This document shows positions 44,246-56,300 of a DNA stretch of 63,914 bases, piece after piece. Under the pieces are notes generated by a model, which saw only the letters and a program-made list of their open reading frames with translations, had not been told where the DNA came from and searched no databases. Made by a program: the position numbers and the translations under genes. The stretch is from Thraustochytrium aureum. Lineage: Eukaryota. The stretch lies in NCBI GenBank assembly GCA_012862495.1, contig BLSG01000216.1, forward strand, positions 523,796 to 587,709, written 5' to 3'. Position 1 is the stretch's first letter; every line of letters starts with the position of its first letter.

Positions 44246-46380
44246 ATGAACGCGCTCGCACGGCACGGGCCCGCGGCGCGAAGGGCGCTCGGCCGGGCCC
44301 GCGGGCTGGGGTTTGGAAGAGACAGCGTGCGCTTTCGAGCTGGTGCTGGGGGGCTGGGCTGCGCGAGATGGACAAGCGGGACGGCAGAGTCAAGCAGACC
44401 GGCGAAAGTGCGAGCGGGAGCTCTGTCCTTCGAGGTCTTGAGCGAGGTTGGCGGCTTTGCTGATGGAGCCGTCCTGGCGCGGGAAGGTGGCACGGTGGTG
44501 ATGGCTGCTTGCGTGGTCTCCAAGAATCTATCCTCGGAGAACGGTTTCATCCCGCTCACGGTGCAGTATCAGGAAAATGCCTCTGCTATCGGCACCGTGC
44601 CGCAAACGTTCACGCGGAGGGAACTCAGAGGTAAGGACCACGAAGTTCTCGTCGGGAGAACGATCGACAGGGCCATCCGACCTCTCATCCGCTTGGGATA
44701 TCGTTACGACACGAAAATCACCTGCACAGTCTTGGGCTACGACGGTGAAAACGACCCGGAGATACTCGCGCTCAACGCATGCTCGGCGGCAGTGCATCTC
44801 GCAGGACTCCCATGGGCAGGGCCCTTTGGTGCCATTCGCGTCAGCGCTGTGGAAGGTGAGGGAGGCGATAGTAAAATGCTCAGCTCGCTCCCGCTCCAAC
44901 AACAGCGCGATTGGCGAAGGTCCCGCCTCAACATGACGGTGGTTGGCACGGCTGGCGATCGCATCGTCATGCTCGAACTCGGCGCTCACGAGCACCCGAA
45001 GAGCTTGTGGTCGATGCGCTGCGCCACAGTTTTCTGTCGGTAAAGGAACTTGTCAGCGCACAGCGTCGCTTGAAGAGCAAGGTTTACAACCACGCGCTCA
45101 AGAAGAAGATCTCGTTCCAGTACAACCTGATCCGACCAAGAGCAGACACCATGCGCTACGCCAGACTCGCGTGCAGCAAGCTGGCTGCGTCGATCAGTCG
45201 GGCAAGCAACGTCACCAAGCGCCAGCGCGAGATCTCCCAGACCGAGTTTTGGATGGCCGCAACCAAACGAATGGACGAAATCTGCACTGTGCATGGCAAA
45301 TCCCACGTTCCGTCAGACCTGCGCCAAGAGGCCATTCACGACGTACTCAAAGAGGAGCTGCAAAACGCTGCTCTGGACGAGGAAGACCCGCATCGCCCGG
45401 ACGGCCGTGGCCTCGACGAGATCCGCAGCATTTCCTGCTTCGCAAACGTATTGCCGCGCGTGCATGGGTCGGCGGTCTTTTCGCGCGGAAATACGCAGGT
45501 CTTGGCGACAGTCGCCTTGGGTCCGCTCCAAATGGCGCAAACCGTGCTCTCCTCTATCGAGGAACCCCGCCAGCGCCAGTTTATGCTCAACTACAGTTTC
45601 CCGCCGTATGCGGTTAACCGCACTGGCGCCGTTTTCGGCGCCAACAGGCGGATGGTGGGGCACGGCGCTCTCGCTGAGAAGGCCTTGCTCCCTTCGCTAG
45701 CAAATGTGCTCGCAGTGCCCGGCTCTGACGTGGTACCCAGCTTTCCCTTCGCGATCAGCGTGAATGCAGAGGTCACGTCCTCCGACGGGTCCTCGTCGAT
45801 GGCGACGATTTGCGCGGCGACACTTGCGCTTTTGGACGCCTCGGTGCCCCTCTCGGCCCCTGTCGCCGGGGTTTCCATTGGGCTGTACTGCCGGACAAAA
45901 GGCGGCAAATCTGAATTTGTCATGCCTGTTGACATCTTGGGCATGGAAGACCACTTTGGTGACATGGACTTCAAGGTCGCTGGTTCCGCGAAAGGCATCA
46001 ACGCGGCACAGCTCGACATCAAGCGCCCCTACATCGGCTTAGATATCGTGGAGGCAGCCCTCCAACGCGCCAAGGCGGCTCGCATCAAGATTCTCGAAAC
46101 CATGGTGAGCCAAACCGGCATGGCTGGCCCGCGCGTTCCACGCAAGGTCCACCTCCCTGTCGCAGGCCGCTTTCAACTCGCCGACCCTGTCCAGCATCGC
46201 GGAATTATCTTGGCGAGAAACCGTGCAGTCAAGCTCGACATCGAGGCGCGCTCGGGAGCAGAGCTCCGAGTTGACTACAACAGCGAGGACGTGGAGATAT
46301 TTGCCCCGAACCAGGGGTCTCTGGACTCTGCGCGCAAGCTTTTGCGTAAAGCTCTCGAGGGAGACGAGGCTGGTGCCTGA
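44246..46380 (+). CDS. PNPT1: Polyribonucleotide nucleotidyltransferase (PNPase), organellar; -1 break near 44996
   Basis: PH1: FIPLTVQYQE...RRE...LVGRTIDRAIRP. PH2: RPDGRGLDEIR, PRVHGSAVFSRGNTQ, RRMVGHGALAEKAL, SDGSSSMA and DHFGDMDFKVAG. Degenerate KH at the end; Arg/Ala/Gly-rich N-terminal presequence. Confidence 0.93.
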
Positions 46381-46581
46381 GATTGCAACCTCCACGGGCG
46401 ACTTGGCCTTCCCTCTCCTTGAAAAAAGCAAACGCGCATCGCGGCTCAGCTTTTAGCCCCTCTGGGGAGTCAGTCAGCTACAACGAGCGTCGTTCCGCAA
46501 GAGAGCCCTGGCCCGAGCCGAGCATGCATGCAAGCAAGCAAGAAGGAAGGTAAGAAACGAAGCGAAACAGCTGTTCATGTC

Positions 46582-49500
46582 TCAAGGGCTCGCCAAGTCG
46601 GTGTCCACAATGAGTGGCACGTTGAGGCGCTTCTTGAACGAGGTGCTCAGCCCCAGCGCCATGTCCCCCGAATCAAGCTCGGCATCCCTTGTCTCCCTTA
46701 GCAGAGCATTTAAGTCTCCGAACGGGTCGCTGGGCTTGACTGCAACGGGCATTTCAGACGTCGTTTTGGCACGACCGGGCGCTTCGCACGCACCTTCTGC
46801 CGACGCCCAGGAGACGTGGTTCTGGGCGCCGCCTGTCCGGGCCAAACCCGAGCCTGCTGCGCCTTGGTTGCTTCGGAAACCCCCTGGCGTTGCTCCCAAC
46901 GCGTCGAGTTGGGACTTGAGGCCGAAAATCGCTGCCTTTAGTTCGGCCACTTCCGCTGCGAGGTGCTCGACGTCACCGGTCGGCATGGGGCGGCCTCGGT
47001 GGGGCGAATCGAAACTGTCTGCTGTTTGCTTGGAAAGGTTGGAAACCTCTTTCAGCACGTCCGCAACAGACTTGCCCGCGAGTCGATTGCTCGGGGCCTC
47101 TTTGGAAAGCAGGAAAATACGGTCGCCACGAGCCAAAACCGTCTCCCCTGGCGGGTTGGTGAATACGTATGGCGTTGCATTCCCGCGAAAGTGGCTCGAC
47201 AGTGCGCTGTGAGTGCCGCGCAGGATACCCATCGGGACCATTCCGCCATAGTTGCAGGCCAGGTCCCAAAACACCTCGGAGTACGTCATTCCATGCTGAT
47301 CTTTCGTGACCGGGATTTGGAACAAGTGGCTTTGCGTGATGTCGTGAATGAACTGGATCTGCTCCGCCTCGAGCCGCGCGTCGCTGCCGTCAGCGGTTTG
47401 GCTCGCCAAAGCTCCGAGCGTCGGATTCGACGTTCTCGGATCTCCTGAAATCAGCTGCTGAAACACGGTCGTGATGTGCGGGTTGTAGAACGACTGCGAG
47501 ATAAGCGTATCAAGCATGCTCGACGAAAACACGATCCCCGCGATGAACTGCTGCGCTCGGGTGTAGTTGCTGTAACCTGCGTCGCACTTGGCGTGCCGCT
47601 CCAAGCCCCCGTCCTCGCGCCGCCGCGCGGCAATAATCTTTGCCTTGGCTTTGTCGCCGCCGACGTCAAGGAACCCAATGTTGGAGATGTTGATCAGCTC
47701 CGTCACAATTTGTATCGAAGGGTTCATTCCGATTGCGCCCTGGTGCGCGAATATGGCGTGCGCGTCGCCCATAGTGGAGTCGTCCATCTCGCCGCGGTTC
47801 CCGACAGACCTTGCTAGCACGATAGCGTGGCTGGCGTGCCGAATTCCCGCTCGGTTGAGGTCGCTCCTGTCTGTGGACGAGCCCTGAACGAAGAAAATGA
47901 GCGGATACCGCGAGATTTGGACCCACAGCGAGTGCGAAGGCGGCTCTGGGTTGAGGATGACGATCGGAAGCAGGGAAACGAGGTGCTTTGCACGGAGAGT
48001 GCGAACGAGGCTCGTTAGACCCGAGAGATTGCCACATATGACGAGGTGATTGCGCACCGAAGGAAACTCCTTGTACAAGGAGTCGTGCACGGAGACCTCG
48101 CTCAGGGATCGGGCCTTGTCAAGCATGTAGAAGTGTGAGTCGTCCGGGTCACGCTCGCTCTCGCGATTGCCTCGCGCTGGCGATTGCGCCGGAGCGTCTG
48201 CGTCCAAGCGCGTTGCGCTCTGCAATTCGTCTTGTTCGCTCAACGTAGTCGAGTCGCCGCCGGGGTCGCCGGCGGTGGCTTCGCCTGCGCGTGCTCGGGA
48301 TGGGCTGGAGCTGGCAGAGGCAACCACCGGCGAGCTTGGCAGACTGCTCTTTACGACGCCCCACCCGCGATTTGCCGGTGATGCGGCCTGTGCACCCCCA
48401 ACCGTTTGCTTTGTCGGAGGGACCCGCACCTCGCTTGGCCGCTTGTGCTCGGAGTCTTTGCTGGGGTCGAGCTGCTCGCGGCGAATCCGCAGGGCTAGAC
48501 GCTCCATGACTGACTCGTGCTGCCCTTTGCCTTTGCGCGACTTGATCGAGAAAGATTGTGCCGGCAGGGAATCCGAGTTTGCGACGAATTCGTCCACCGC
48601 GCTCAGGTCGGCGCTCTCGAGGTCTGTAGCGATCACGAAACAGTGGACCTGAAAGGTCTCGATTGGTGGGATCAAAAAGTTGCCCGGGTTCATGATCACG
48701 CGCGAGTAGCTCCCCACGGAAAGTTCAAGGGCAAACATCAGCGCGCCCAGCTCCTCGTGCACGATGCACGCGGCCTTGGCAAACGGGACTTGCTGGAACA
48801 CCGGACTGAGCTTGGTGCGGTATATCTCAAACTCGCTCCCCATCTGATACTCGGCTTCCCAGGGCTGGATCCTCGCGTTTTCGCCCTCGTCGACATCAAC
48901 GCTCATCACGAGGTTGCCAATCATCGTGATTATCCCGGGACACAGGCAAGCCTGTGCGAGCAGGTTCATCTTGATCTCGTTAACGCAGATAATAGGGTCG
49001 ACTTTGACCTTTCGAGCACTTCCTTGCGGCTCGAGGCCGTCAAGGGCGCTCTCGATCGAACCATGCACGTTGCTTTCGCGTCCATTCAAGGAGTTTACGG
49101 GATACACTGCAGGGAAAGCAGTGCTCCGCCCGTGCGCACTCCCGTTGCCGCCGCCGCCGCCGAAGGGTGTGGTCGGTAAGGCGAATGCGCCAGAAAACCC
49201 AGTCTTGCCGCTCGCGACCTCGGCGTTTTCCACTCCGACGTACAGGTCCTCCATCATGATCTTGTGGCTCAGAGTAAAGTGCTGCTTGTTCTCCTGCCTC
49301 ATGAGCTGCAAACAAGTGAGCAAGTCGTCTCCTGTGTACTGAAGGTAAAGCCGTTTGATGGACAGCGCCCGAAGGATGGTGGCTGCGTCCTCCGTGTCTG
49401 GGTCGTTGGTGAACTTGTTGCAGAGCAGGAAGCAGGCGCACGCGCCAAGGACGTGGCAGCGGAGCAAGTCCTGCTTCTCCAGCGGCGACCCTTGCAAGTA

Positions 49501-51015
49501 TGTCACGTTGAACTGGAACTGTGGCGTAGCGAGGAGATTCTCCATACCTGAACTCGGCAGCGTTTCGCAGAGCAGCACCGCGTGCAGGTCGACGTTGCCA
49601 TGGTCCTCGTGGAACAGCTCGTTGAGGAAAGCCCGAGCGCCAACCACGTCGAGCGAACCGCACACCAGCACGAACGGGGTGTGCGGGGGAGGGCGAAAGC
49701 GGCGCCGGGCGTAAACGCTTTTGGTGCTCATGAGCGTGATGAGGTGATTGGTGGCCTTTGGAATGTACACGAGTGCAGCACAGATCAGCAACGCGACCAC
49801 AAGACGCGCCTCGTTCGATACTGGTGCGATGTCACCATAGCCAACCGTACTGATGGTCACAACAACAAAGTACAGCGCATCGTGAAACGGCAACCTTGGC
49901 ATCATGTTCTCCTCCCTGAACGACGACTCGAAGATCTGTACCACGCCAGCGCAATAAAATGCCGCGGTGATAATTGTTGTCACGAGCACAGCGACCTGCC
50001 GGTTGATCTCGCTGTCTATTGTGCTGAGGATGAATCGGTTTATGCGGATAATGCGCAGCACGCGGAGAACGCGCACGAGCAGAAAAATCTGACTCCCTGT
50101 AGCGCTCATGAGAGTGAATACCGCAGGCACTATAGTAATAAGGTCGATCATAGCCATCGCGCTGAATGCAAACTTGACCCGCTCGTCACTGAGATAAAGT
50201 CGCAACAAGTAGTCCAGCAGGAAAAAGAGGGAAAACCCGACATCGATCCGCTCAAACGTAAACCCCAGTTCGTGGTCGTAGGTTTCCCAAACGTATAGCA
50301 CTGCGGCATGAACAGCAAATAGCCAAATAGCATTTCACGCGTGGGGGTTAGCCATGACCAGGCGCCGTGCACAAGAACCCAGCGTAGCGCTCTCAGCCCA
50401 AACCCGCGCATGCTCATCGCGCATTGTGCACTTACCGCAGCTCAAGAACGACAGCGCAATGTTGCAAAAGTCGATCGCGAAACCGAGCCGAGACGTCGCC
50501 AAGTACCGCTGCAGTGAGCGCCGGAAGCGGAACACGCCCTCAGACGGCTCGCTATGGACAGAGTACCGATTCCCGGGCTTTCCTCCGAACAAACGATATT
50601 GCAGCGTGCGGATCCCGTTCGCGAGGCCACTGCTGTAGTTGGCCTCCTTGGTCCGTACGACTGCAATATCATTATGTATCTGCTGTCTGTTGAGCGCTGC
50701 CTCGGCTCCGTCGCTGCTGCGTTGGTTCAACATGCGAAGCGTGGCGCTTCTTGCCATTTGCGCACTCTGTCGTCTTGCCTTGAAGGCCCGCCCAATCGGC
50801 TGCACGCCGATCTCGCCAGCCTTGCCATCGAGCGAAGCGCGCAGTGCCGGGCTCGCAGGCGACACTGCAGAGGAGCGCCCGCTTATGCGCCTGTTGGGGC
50901 TGATTACTGACGACCGACCCCTTGCTCTGCCCTTCCCGAGAATGTCTTCCTCGAGCCTGTCCGCGTCGGTGGCCACGAACTGGGCAAACGTGCTGTTGCC
51001 CAACCGCCGAGCCAT
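46582..51015 (-). CDS. Slo/BK-family K+ channel (6TM plus two RCK domains); exons 51015-50436 and 50300-46582
   Basis: S4 VRVLRVLRIIRINR, pore TISTVGYGDIAP, RCK1 FVLVCG...GSPLEKQDLLRC...DAATILRALSIK and RCK2 NHLVICG...GSSTDRSDLNRAGI. Confidence 0.93.
50301..50435 (-). other. 135-nt spliceosomal intron in the K+ channel gene
   Basis: 5' GTAAGT, GCTAAC branch point (~50347-50352) and 3' CAG. Phase-1 splicing gives continuous S1 helix sequence IALSFLSC-V-LYVWETY. Confidence 0.9.
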
Positions 51016-51096
51016 GATCTCCGCCTTGTCGGTCCGTCTGCGACCGCCTTGCGCAAGCCTCACCTGGTGGTGTGGCCGTCAGTTGACTCACTGATT

Positions 51097-51120
51097 GATC
51101 GATCGATCGATCGATCGATC
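51097..51120. repeat. (GATC)6 self-complementary microsatellite
   Basis: gatcgatcgatcgatcgatcgatc, ~80 nt upstream of the channel ATG. Confidence 0.9.
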
Positions 51121-51886
51121 GACGCCGACCGAATTGCACAAGCGCAGCGCCGACGTTGAGGAGAGACCGCTCAAGTTCTTGACCCAAAGTCCAGCATCAG
51201 CAACCATGTCGTCAGGTTGCAAGAACCCTCTGCTACCTTCTAGGCGCTCAAGAGACCGTTGTAAACCAAACGGGCATCTACCTCCACTCCCAAGGCGAGC
51301 AGTCTCAGTCTCCGTCAGCGCGACAGCATCGCGAGCGCAAGTCGCCCTGGAGGAAACGCCGCTGCGGCCATCAATCATCTCCACACACACCCCGATCTCG
51401 AGCAAACCCGGCAGAATGCAGCAGGCCAGAATGCAAGCAACACAGCGAGGAGGACGACAGCCATGCGCCGGGCAGCGGAAACAACGAGAGGCCTGCAGCA
51501 GCCGGCGCGCTGCCCGTTGGTCGCATCGGACGCAGCGCTTCCGTAACGGCTCCACCGGACATATTGTCCCCGCAAAAGAAGTCCCGCGTACGTATTTCTG
51601 TGCTTGGGTTGAAAATAGAGGGCTTTCGTTGCAGCGACCGAAAGGCGGCGGCGGCCAGAGCAGAGCGCAGTCCCGACGGCGGCGCGTGGGTCGTTGCTCG
51701 CTGGCGTGGAAGAGCTTGCTTGGTCCGCGGCCGCTGCGGCTCTTGCTTGTCGTCTCGTCGGGCGCGCGGCGTGGTTTGGCTCCTGCGCCCTGGGGGGATC
51801 GGAGCTGTGGCGTGGGGGTTTTTAGGGGTGTCGTTGGTGGTGTACCCGGCGCGCGACGCGGCGGGCAGCCTGGCCGGCGCGCGGAG

Positions 51887-52897
51887 ATGGACGCCGATGA
51901 GTTCAAGTTCACGGTGGAGTGGTTCGATGAGCTGGGCGGCGTCGCGCGGAGGTACCTGCTTACGTTTTACAGGTTTGACCGCGATGCGCCGGAGGTGAGC
52001 ATTTTTGACTACACGAAGAAGCGCATGTTTCTCAAGCGCACGCAATACCCAGACATGCGGCTCGAGGACTGCTTCGTCGGTGGACTCGTTAGCGTCTTTG
52101 CGCGCCAGTTCAAAATCGTCGGCTACGCTGACGAGAAGACCCGCAACGCGTTTGAGTCGGAAAACGGCCAGCTTGTGGCGATTCTACCGCCAAGCCAGTA
52201 CGACTGGGGCGCCGCGCTGTCGGCCTCGCAGGGCCGGGGCGGGTTTAAAATCACACGCGTGAAGACCATTATAGAGGAGGGCGCTGTCAAACTTGCCGTA
52301 GAGCTGGTCGGCCAGATCGGCAACGCGCCAGACGCCGAGCTCTGGCACCTCCTTTTCCCTGGCATGGGAAAAACCAACTTGACCTCGGTGCGTGTCGTGC
52401 GGCGGTCCGAAGAAACCGACCAACTCTTTGAATCGCGCCAGAGCACCGCCACGTTCGACAACTGTTCATGCCTGGTCGCGCTTCCGCACCTCGTGAAAGA
52501 CGGCGCGATTGGGGAGATTGTTTCGCGCCTGGTGGACGCCAACTTTGAAATCAGCTGCGCCAGCAGCTTTACAATGACCCGCGTCGAAGCGGAGGACTTT
52601 TATGAGGTGTACAAAGGCGTGATCCCCCAAAGTGACTTTGCAGCCAAGACTCTCGAGCTCTCGTCGGGGCCGTGCGTCGCATTCGAAGTTCGCGCTGAGA
52701 ACGCCGTCAACGAACTCCGCAGCTTGGCAGGGCCCGCCGACGTCGAAACGGCGCAAAAGCTCCGGCCCAACTCGCTTCGAGCGGTTTTCGGGAGGGACAG
52801 AATTCGTAACGCGGTGCACGTTACGGATCTTGCCGACGACGCGGTCCTCGAGTCTCAATTCTTCTTTGACATTCTCGCCAACAACGCCAAGAAGTGA
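51887..52897 (+). CDS. NME7: Nucleoside diphosphate kinase 7-like protein (DM10 + NDK)
   Basis: DM10: FTVEWFD...RRYLLTFY...KKRMFLKR...RQFKIVGYADEKTR. NDK-B: AEDFYEVYKGV...GPAD...RPNSLRAVFGRDRIRNAVHVTD. Confidence 0.93.
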   Translation: MDADEFKFTVEWFDELGGVARRYLLTFYRFDRDAPEVSIFDYTKKRMFLKRTQYPDMRLEDCFVGGLVSVFARQFKIVGYADEKTRNAFESENGQLVAILPPSQYDWGAALSASQGRGGFKITRVKTIIEEGAVKLAVELVGQIGNAPDAELWHLLFPGMGKTNLTSVRVVRRSEETDQLFESRQSTATFDNCSCLVALPHLVKDGAIGEIVSRLVDANFEISCASSFTMTRVEAEDFYEVYKGVIPQSDFAAKTLELSSGPCVAFEVRAENAVNELRSLAGPADVETAQKLRPNSLRAVFGRDRIRNAVHVTDLADDAVLESQFFFDILANNAKK

Positions 52898-53336
52898 GGG
52901 GGGGTCTCGGCCGGAACCGCAGCTGACGCGACGGCGAGCAGGGCGCAGGAAATGAGAGCGCGCATGCACGTGGCGCGAGGGCGGGGAGCCTTTCACGAGT
53001 TTTTGATGGCGTCTTGCCACTGAATCCGCCACGCGCGCCGCAACCCGACCTTGCGTCCCTTGGACCGAAGCGCCGAAAACATATAGTGCGCGTTCACGCG
53101 CCGGAAGCGGTTGCCACGCACGTGCAACACCAACACCAACAGAACGAAATACAACTACAANNNNNNNNNNNNNNNNNNNNNNNNNNNNNNNNNNNNNNNN
53201 NNNNNNNNNNNNNNNNNNNNNNNNNNNNNNNNNNNNNNNNNNNCATTCGCATCCGCGTGCATGAGCCGCGCAACGACCGTGTGTCCGCGTCGGTGCCAAG
53301 CACACGAGCGCAAGCAGTTGGTGCACCACCGGGAAT

Positions 53337-56300
53337 TCAATTGAAAGATTCCTCCGCATCAGCACCTGCGCCGACGTCCTTGGCCACAAGAACGTCCCAG
53401 CCAGCGACCGTGACGGACTCTGCCCCTTCCGTGAAGAAGGTCCTCGCCAACTCCGACTCGCGAAGCGTGTCGATTGCGCATACTGTTTGGATCATCGACC
53501 CAAGTCCGAGTTGGCGCTGGTTTAGCGCAGTGTTTCCCAGACGCCACGGATGGCGCGAAGGAAGCGGCAGAGCGGTGCGCGACTTGTTCATTTTGCGCAT
53601 CAGGCCATCGCGCAAACGACGAAAGTCCGAGTAACGACGCCACACCACCCAACATTCCTCCGTCTCAGCGGAAGCAACAACGATGCGAAACACGACAAAG
53701 CTTTGCCCCAATCTGCGCAAAGATCTGCGCCCCGTGATCACCGCGCCCCGGACGCGCATACCAGAAATGCGCTCGCTTACATCGTCGCTTTCGACGACAA
53801 CGTACTCTCCAAGGGCCTCAGCTGCGCCCGGGCCGAGCCGCTCTGCCTCAGCATCACCTGACGTCCCGTCTGCGCTCTGGCTTGCTGCGCTGTCTGGCAA
53901 GGGTGCCGCTGGCATCGCCCCAGCGCGCTCCTTCAGCTTTGAGAGCAACGAATCGAGGTGCTCCAGGTCCCGGGTCGCGACCAGTGCCGAAAGACGCCCC
54001 TGCGCGTCGCACGCCTCCCCGAACGCTCCCCCCGGGTCTGTAAGAGCCAGCATTCCAGCCTCGAGCTGGTCGGCTTGGTCGGCTCGAAGCGAAGCAGTCC
54101 GGCATTCCTCCAGGTCGCCACAGGCGCGAGGGCGAGGAGGTCGGCGAGATTCCGAGCCCTGGCCGCACTGCGGCATCGCACGACATATCCCATTCGCTCA
54201 CGTTCAAAGTCCGTGCTCGCACCAGCTCTCTCTCTCGAGCCGAGCTCGAGGCAAACGAAAGGTCCGCGGACCAGTGGAGGGCACACAACGTCCAGCGGAG
54301 CACACCAACTTGTCTCGGCATCTGACATCCGGTTCAAGAACACGGCCTTGTCGCTCACGAAGAGCACGCCATACGCCCCGGTTCGAGCCGCAGGCGTGCT
54401 GGCCGCGAAACCGCCGCCCTCTGCTCCCACGAAGCTTGCCCCTTGCTCTGGCGCGCTGGCAAAAGCGTTCCATTCCCGCAAGGTGAACGTGCCGTCAGCG
54501 CCGGTTTGGAGCATGAAGACGTGTTCGTGAAAGAGATACCGCACGACGTCGTCAAGCTGAGCCATGTGCAAAACGTGCGCTCCGAGAGACTCGCGCGCCG
54601 AATACGGCTCCACGGACAAGTTTGGCCCAACCAAACGGCGCAACCGGACCGGGAGCTGCTCTCGAGCTAGCGTCTCGGTCGTGTTGCTCACGCCGCGCAG
54701 AAACAGCGAAGCGGCGTCAAAAAAGGCACACAGCGGCTTGATCACCACGCCAACCGCGCCCTTGCCCAGACCAGCGACGAGACCAGAGGCCCCGTTGCGT
54801 CGTGCTCCGCGATAGGGCTGGCTTGCGATCCCAAACACGCCGTCGCGGATCCCGACGGCGAAGGCCAGAACGCCGGCTTCTATGCCTTCCGCCACATTGA
54901 TCGGCTCGCGCACGACGTCGTTGCGGAGCTGGGCCTCCTTCAGGATGTACCTGGAGTCGAGCGAAGCCTGCGCCAGTGCGCGGCTCGCGGTCTCGGCGAA
55001 CTTTTGCAGCGAGTACGAGAGCCCGTGCGTTGTTCCGCGCAACAACTCGCCTCCTCCCTTGCGCAACCCCGTGCCGATGTTCAAGTAGCCACCCACGGAC
55101 AGGGCCAGCGCCGGCTCGTAAAAGAACGAGTAGGCGCCTTGCCCGAAGCTGCCGATAAGCTGGACTGGGCTGCCCAGCAAGTCTGCCGAAGCAATCAAGT
55201 TTCCCATCTGCGCCAGGTTGCTGAACAGCTGGTCTGCCATGTGCTGCATAAACGTCGTCTTGAGCATTTGCGTCGTCATCCCCTCGTTGAAAATTTGCAG
55301 CGCGTTGAAGCGCAGAGGCGCATTCGATATGTTGGCCACAGTGTTCACCAGCGCGCTCGCAAAAGCAGACAGCACAGGCACGCCTTGCATGAGGTGCAGG
55401 ATCTTGAGCCGGTTCTCCGCCTTGATTTCTTGGTCTGACGTCATGGAAAACGTCAGGTTGATCTTGATGGGCTTGATGTCGGCGCGCTCGACCAGAATCC
55501 TGGCCTCCTCGCCGCTCGCCTGTTCGCGGGGCGCCCCGTCCCCGCCCTGCCGAGCCAGGCCTTCCGTACCTAGGAGGTCAATCTCGCCCAGCCACGCCAT
55601 AGGGTTGTGCGCGGAGAACGTGCGCCAGACCATCTCCTTAACGCGGCGCGCCTCCCGAGAGCTAAGCAAGCTCGCAGGCCTCTCGGCGTCAGAGCCGTCC
55701 CGACTCGAACCAGACGGCAAAACACGTTGCAGCCGGCCCCGCGCAGGCGACAGAGTGCGAGGCTCAGCGTTGCCGCCATGGAGCGGCGGAAGGTCGAAGC
55801 TTGACGCACCGCCAACGTGGGAGTCGCCCAAGGACGCAACAAAGTCCTGGATCGCGGTGAGCCAGCGCTCCTCGAGGCTAAAGTTGATCTCCTGCAGATA
55901 AAAGTCAAAGTACTCGACGTATGTGAGCTGCGAATTCGGGCCGAGGTCTCGCGTAACTGCGGAGCAGAGGATCGCAGGTGGGCCCATGATCATGTCGTTG
56001 GCCGCCTCCAGCGCAGCCCGCGACACAAAACCCTCGTCTTGACACTCCTCAGCGTTGCGAAGCCAAGGGAAGGGTAGCGGCGCCGCGCACAGAACGATTG
56101 GGTGCACCGCTGAGAACATCTGGTTGTCAATGTGGATTTTCCCAGCAAACAAGTCGAACACGCGGCGCCCGTCCTGGTGCTGCCCATGGTAAACGCGGAG
56201 CCCAGAGACGGATATGTAGGCCAGCTCGCAGCTCCGCAAGCGCGTGTCCACAAGAGAGATGCCGATACCGCGCAGCTTGATGTCCGCGGCCAAGGTAATC

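Noticed and set aside
51095..51886. 264-aa N-terminal extension of the NME7 ORF
   Set aside because: Homology starts at ATG 51887. The extension begins in a GATC repeat and looks like GC-rich intergenic DNA open by chance.
15169..52897. Functional cluster of ciliary genes (Sfi1-like, TPH, NME7)
   Set aside because: They are interspersed with unrelated housekeeping genes, and ciliary genes are common enough in flagellate genomes for chance co-occurrence.
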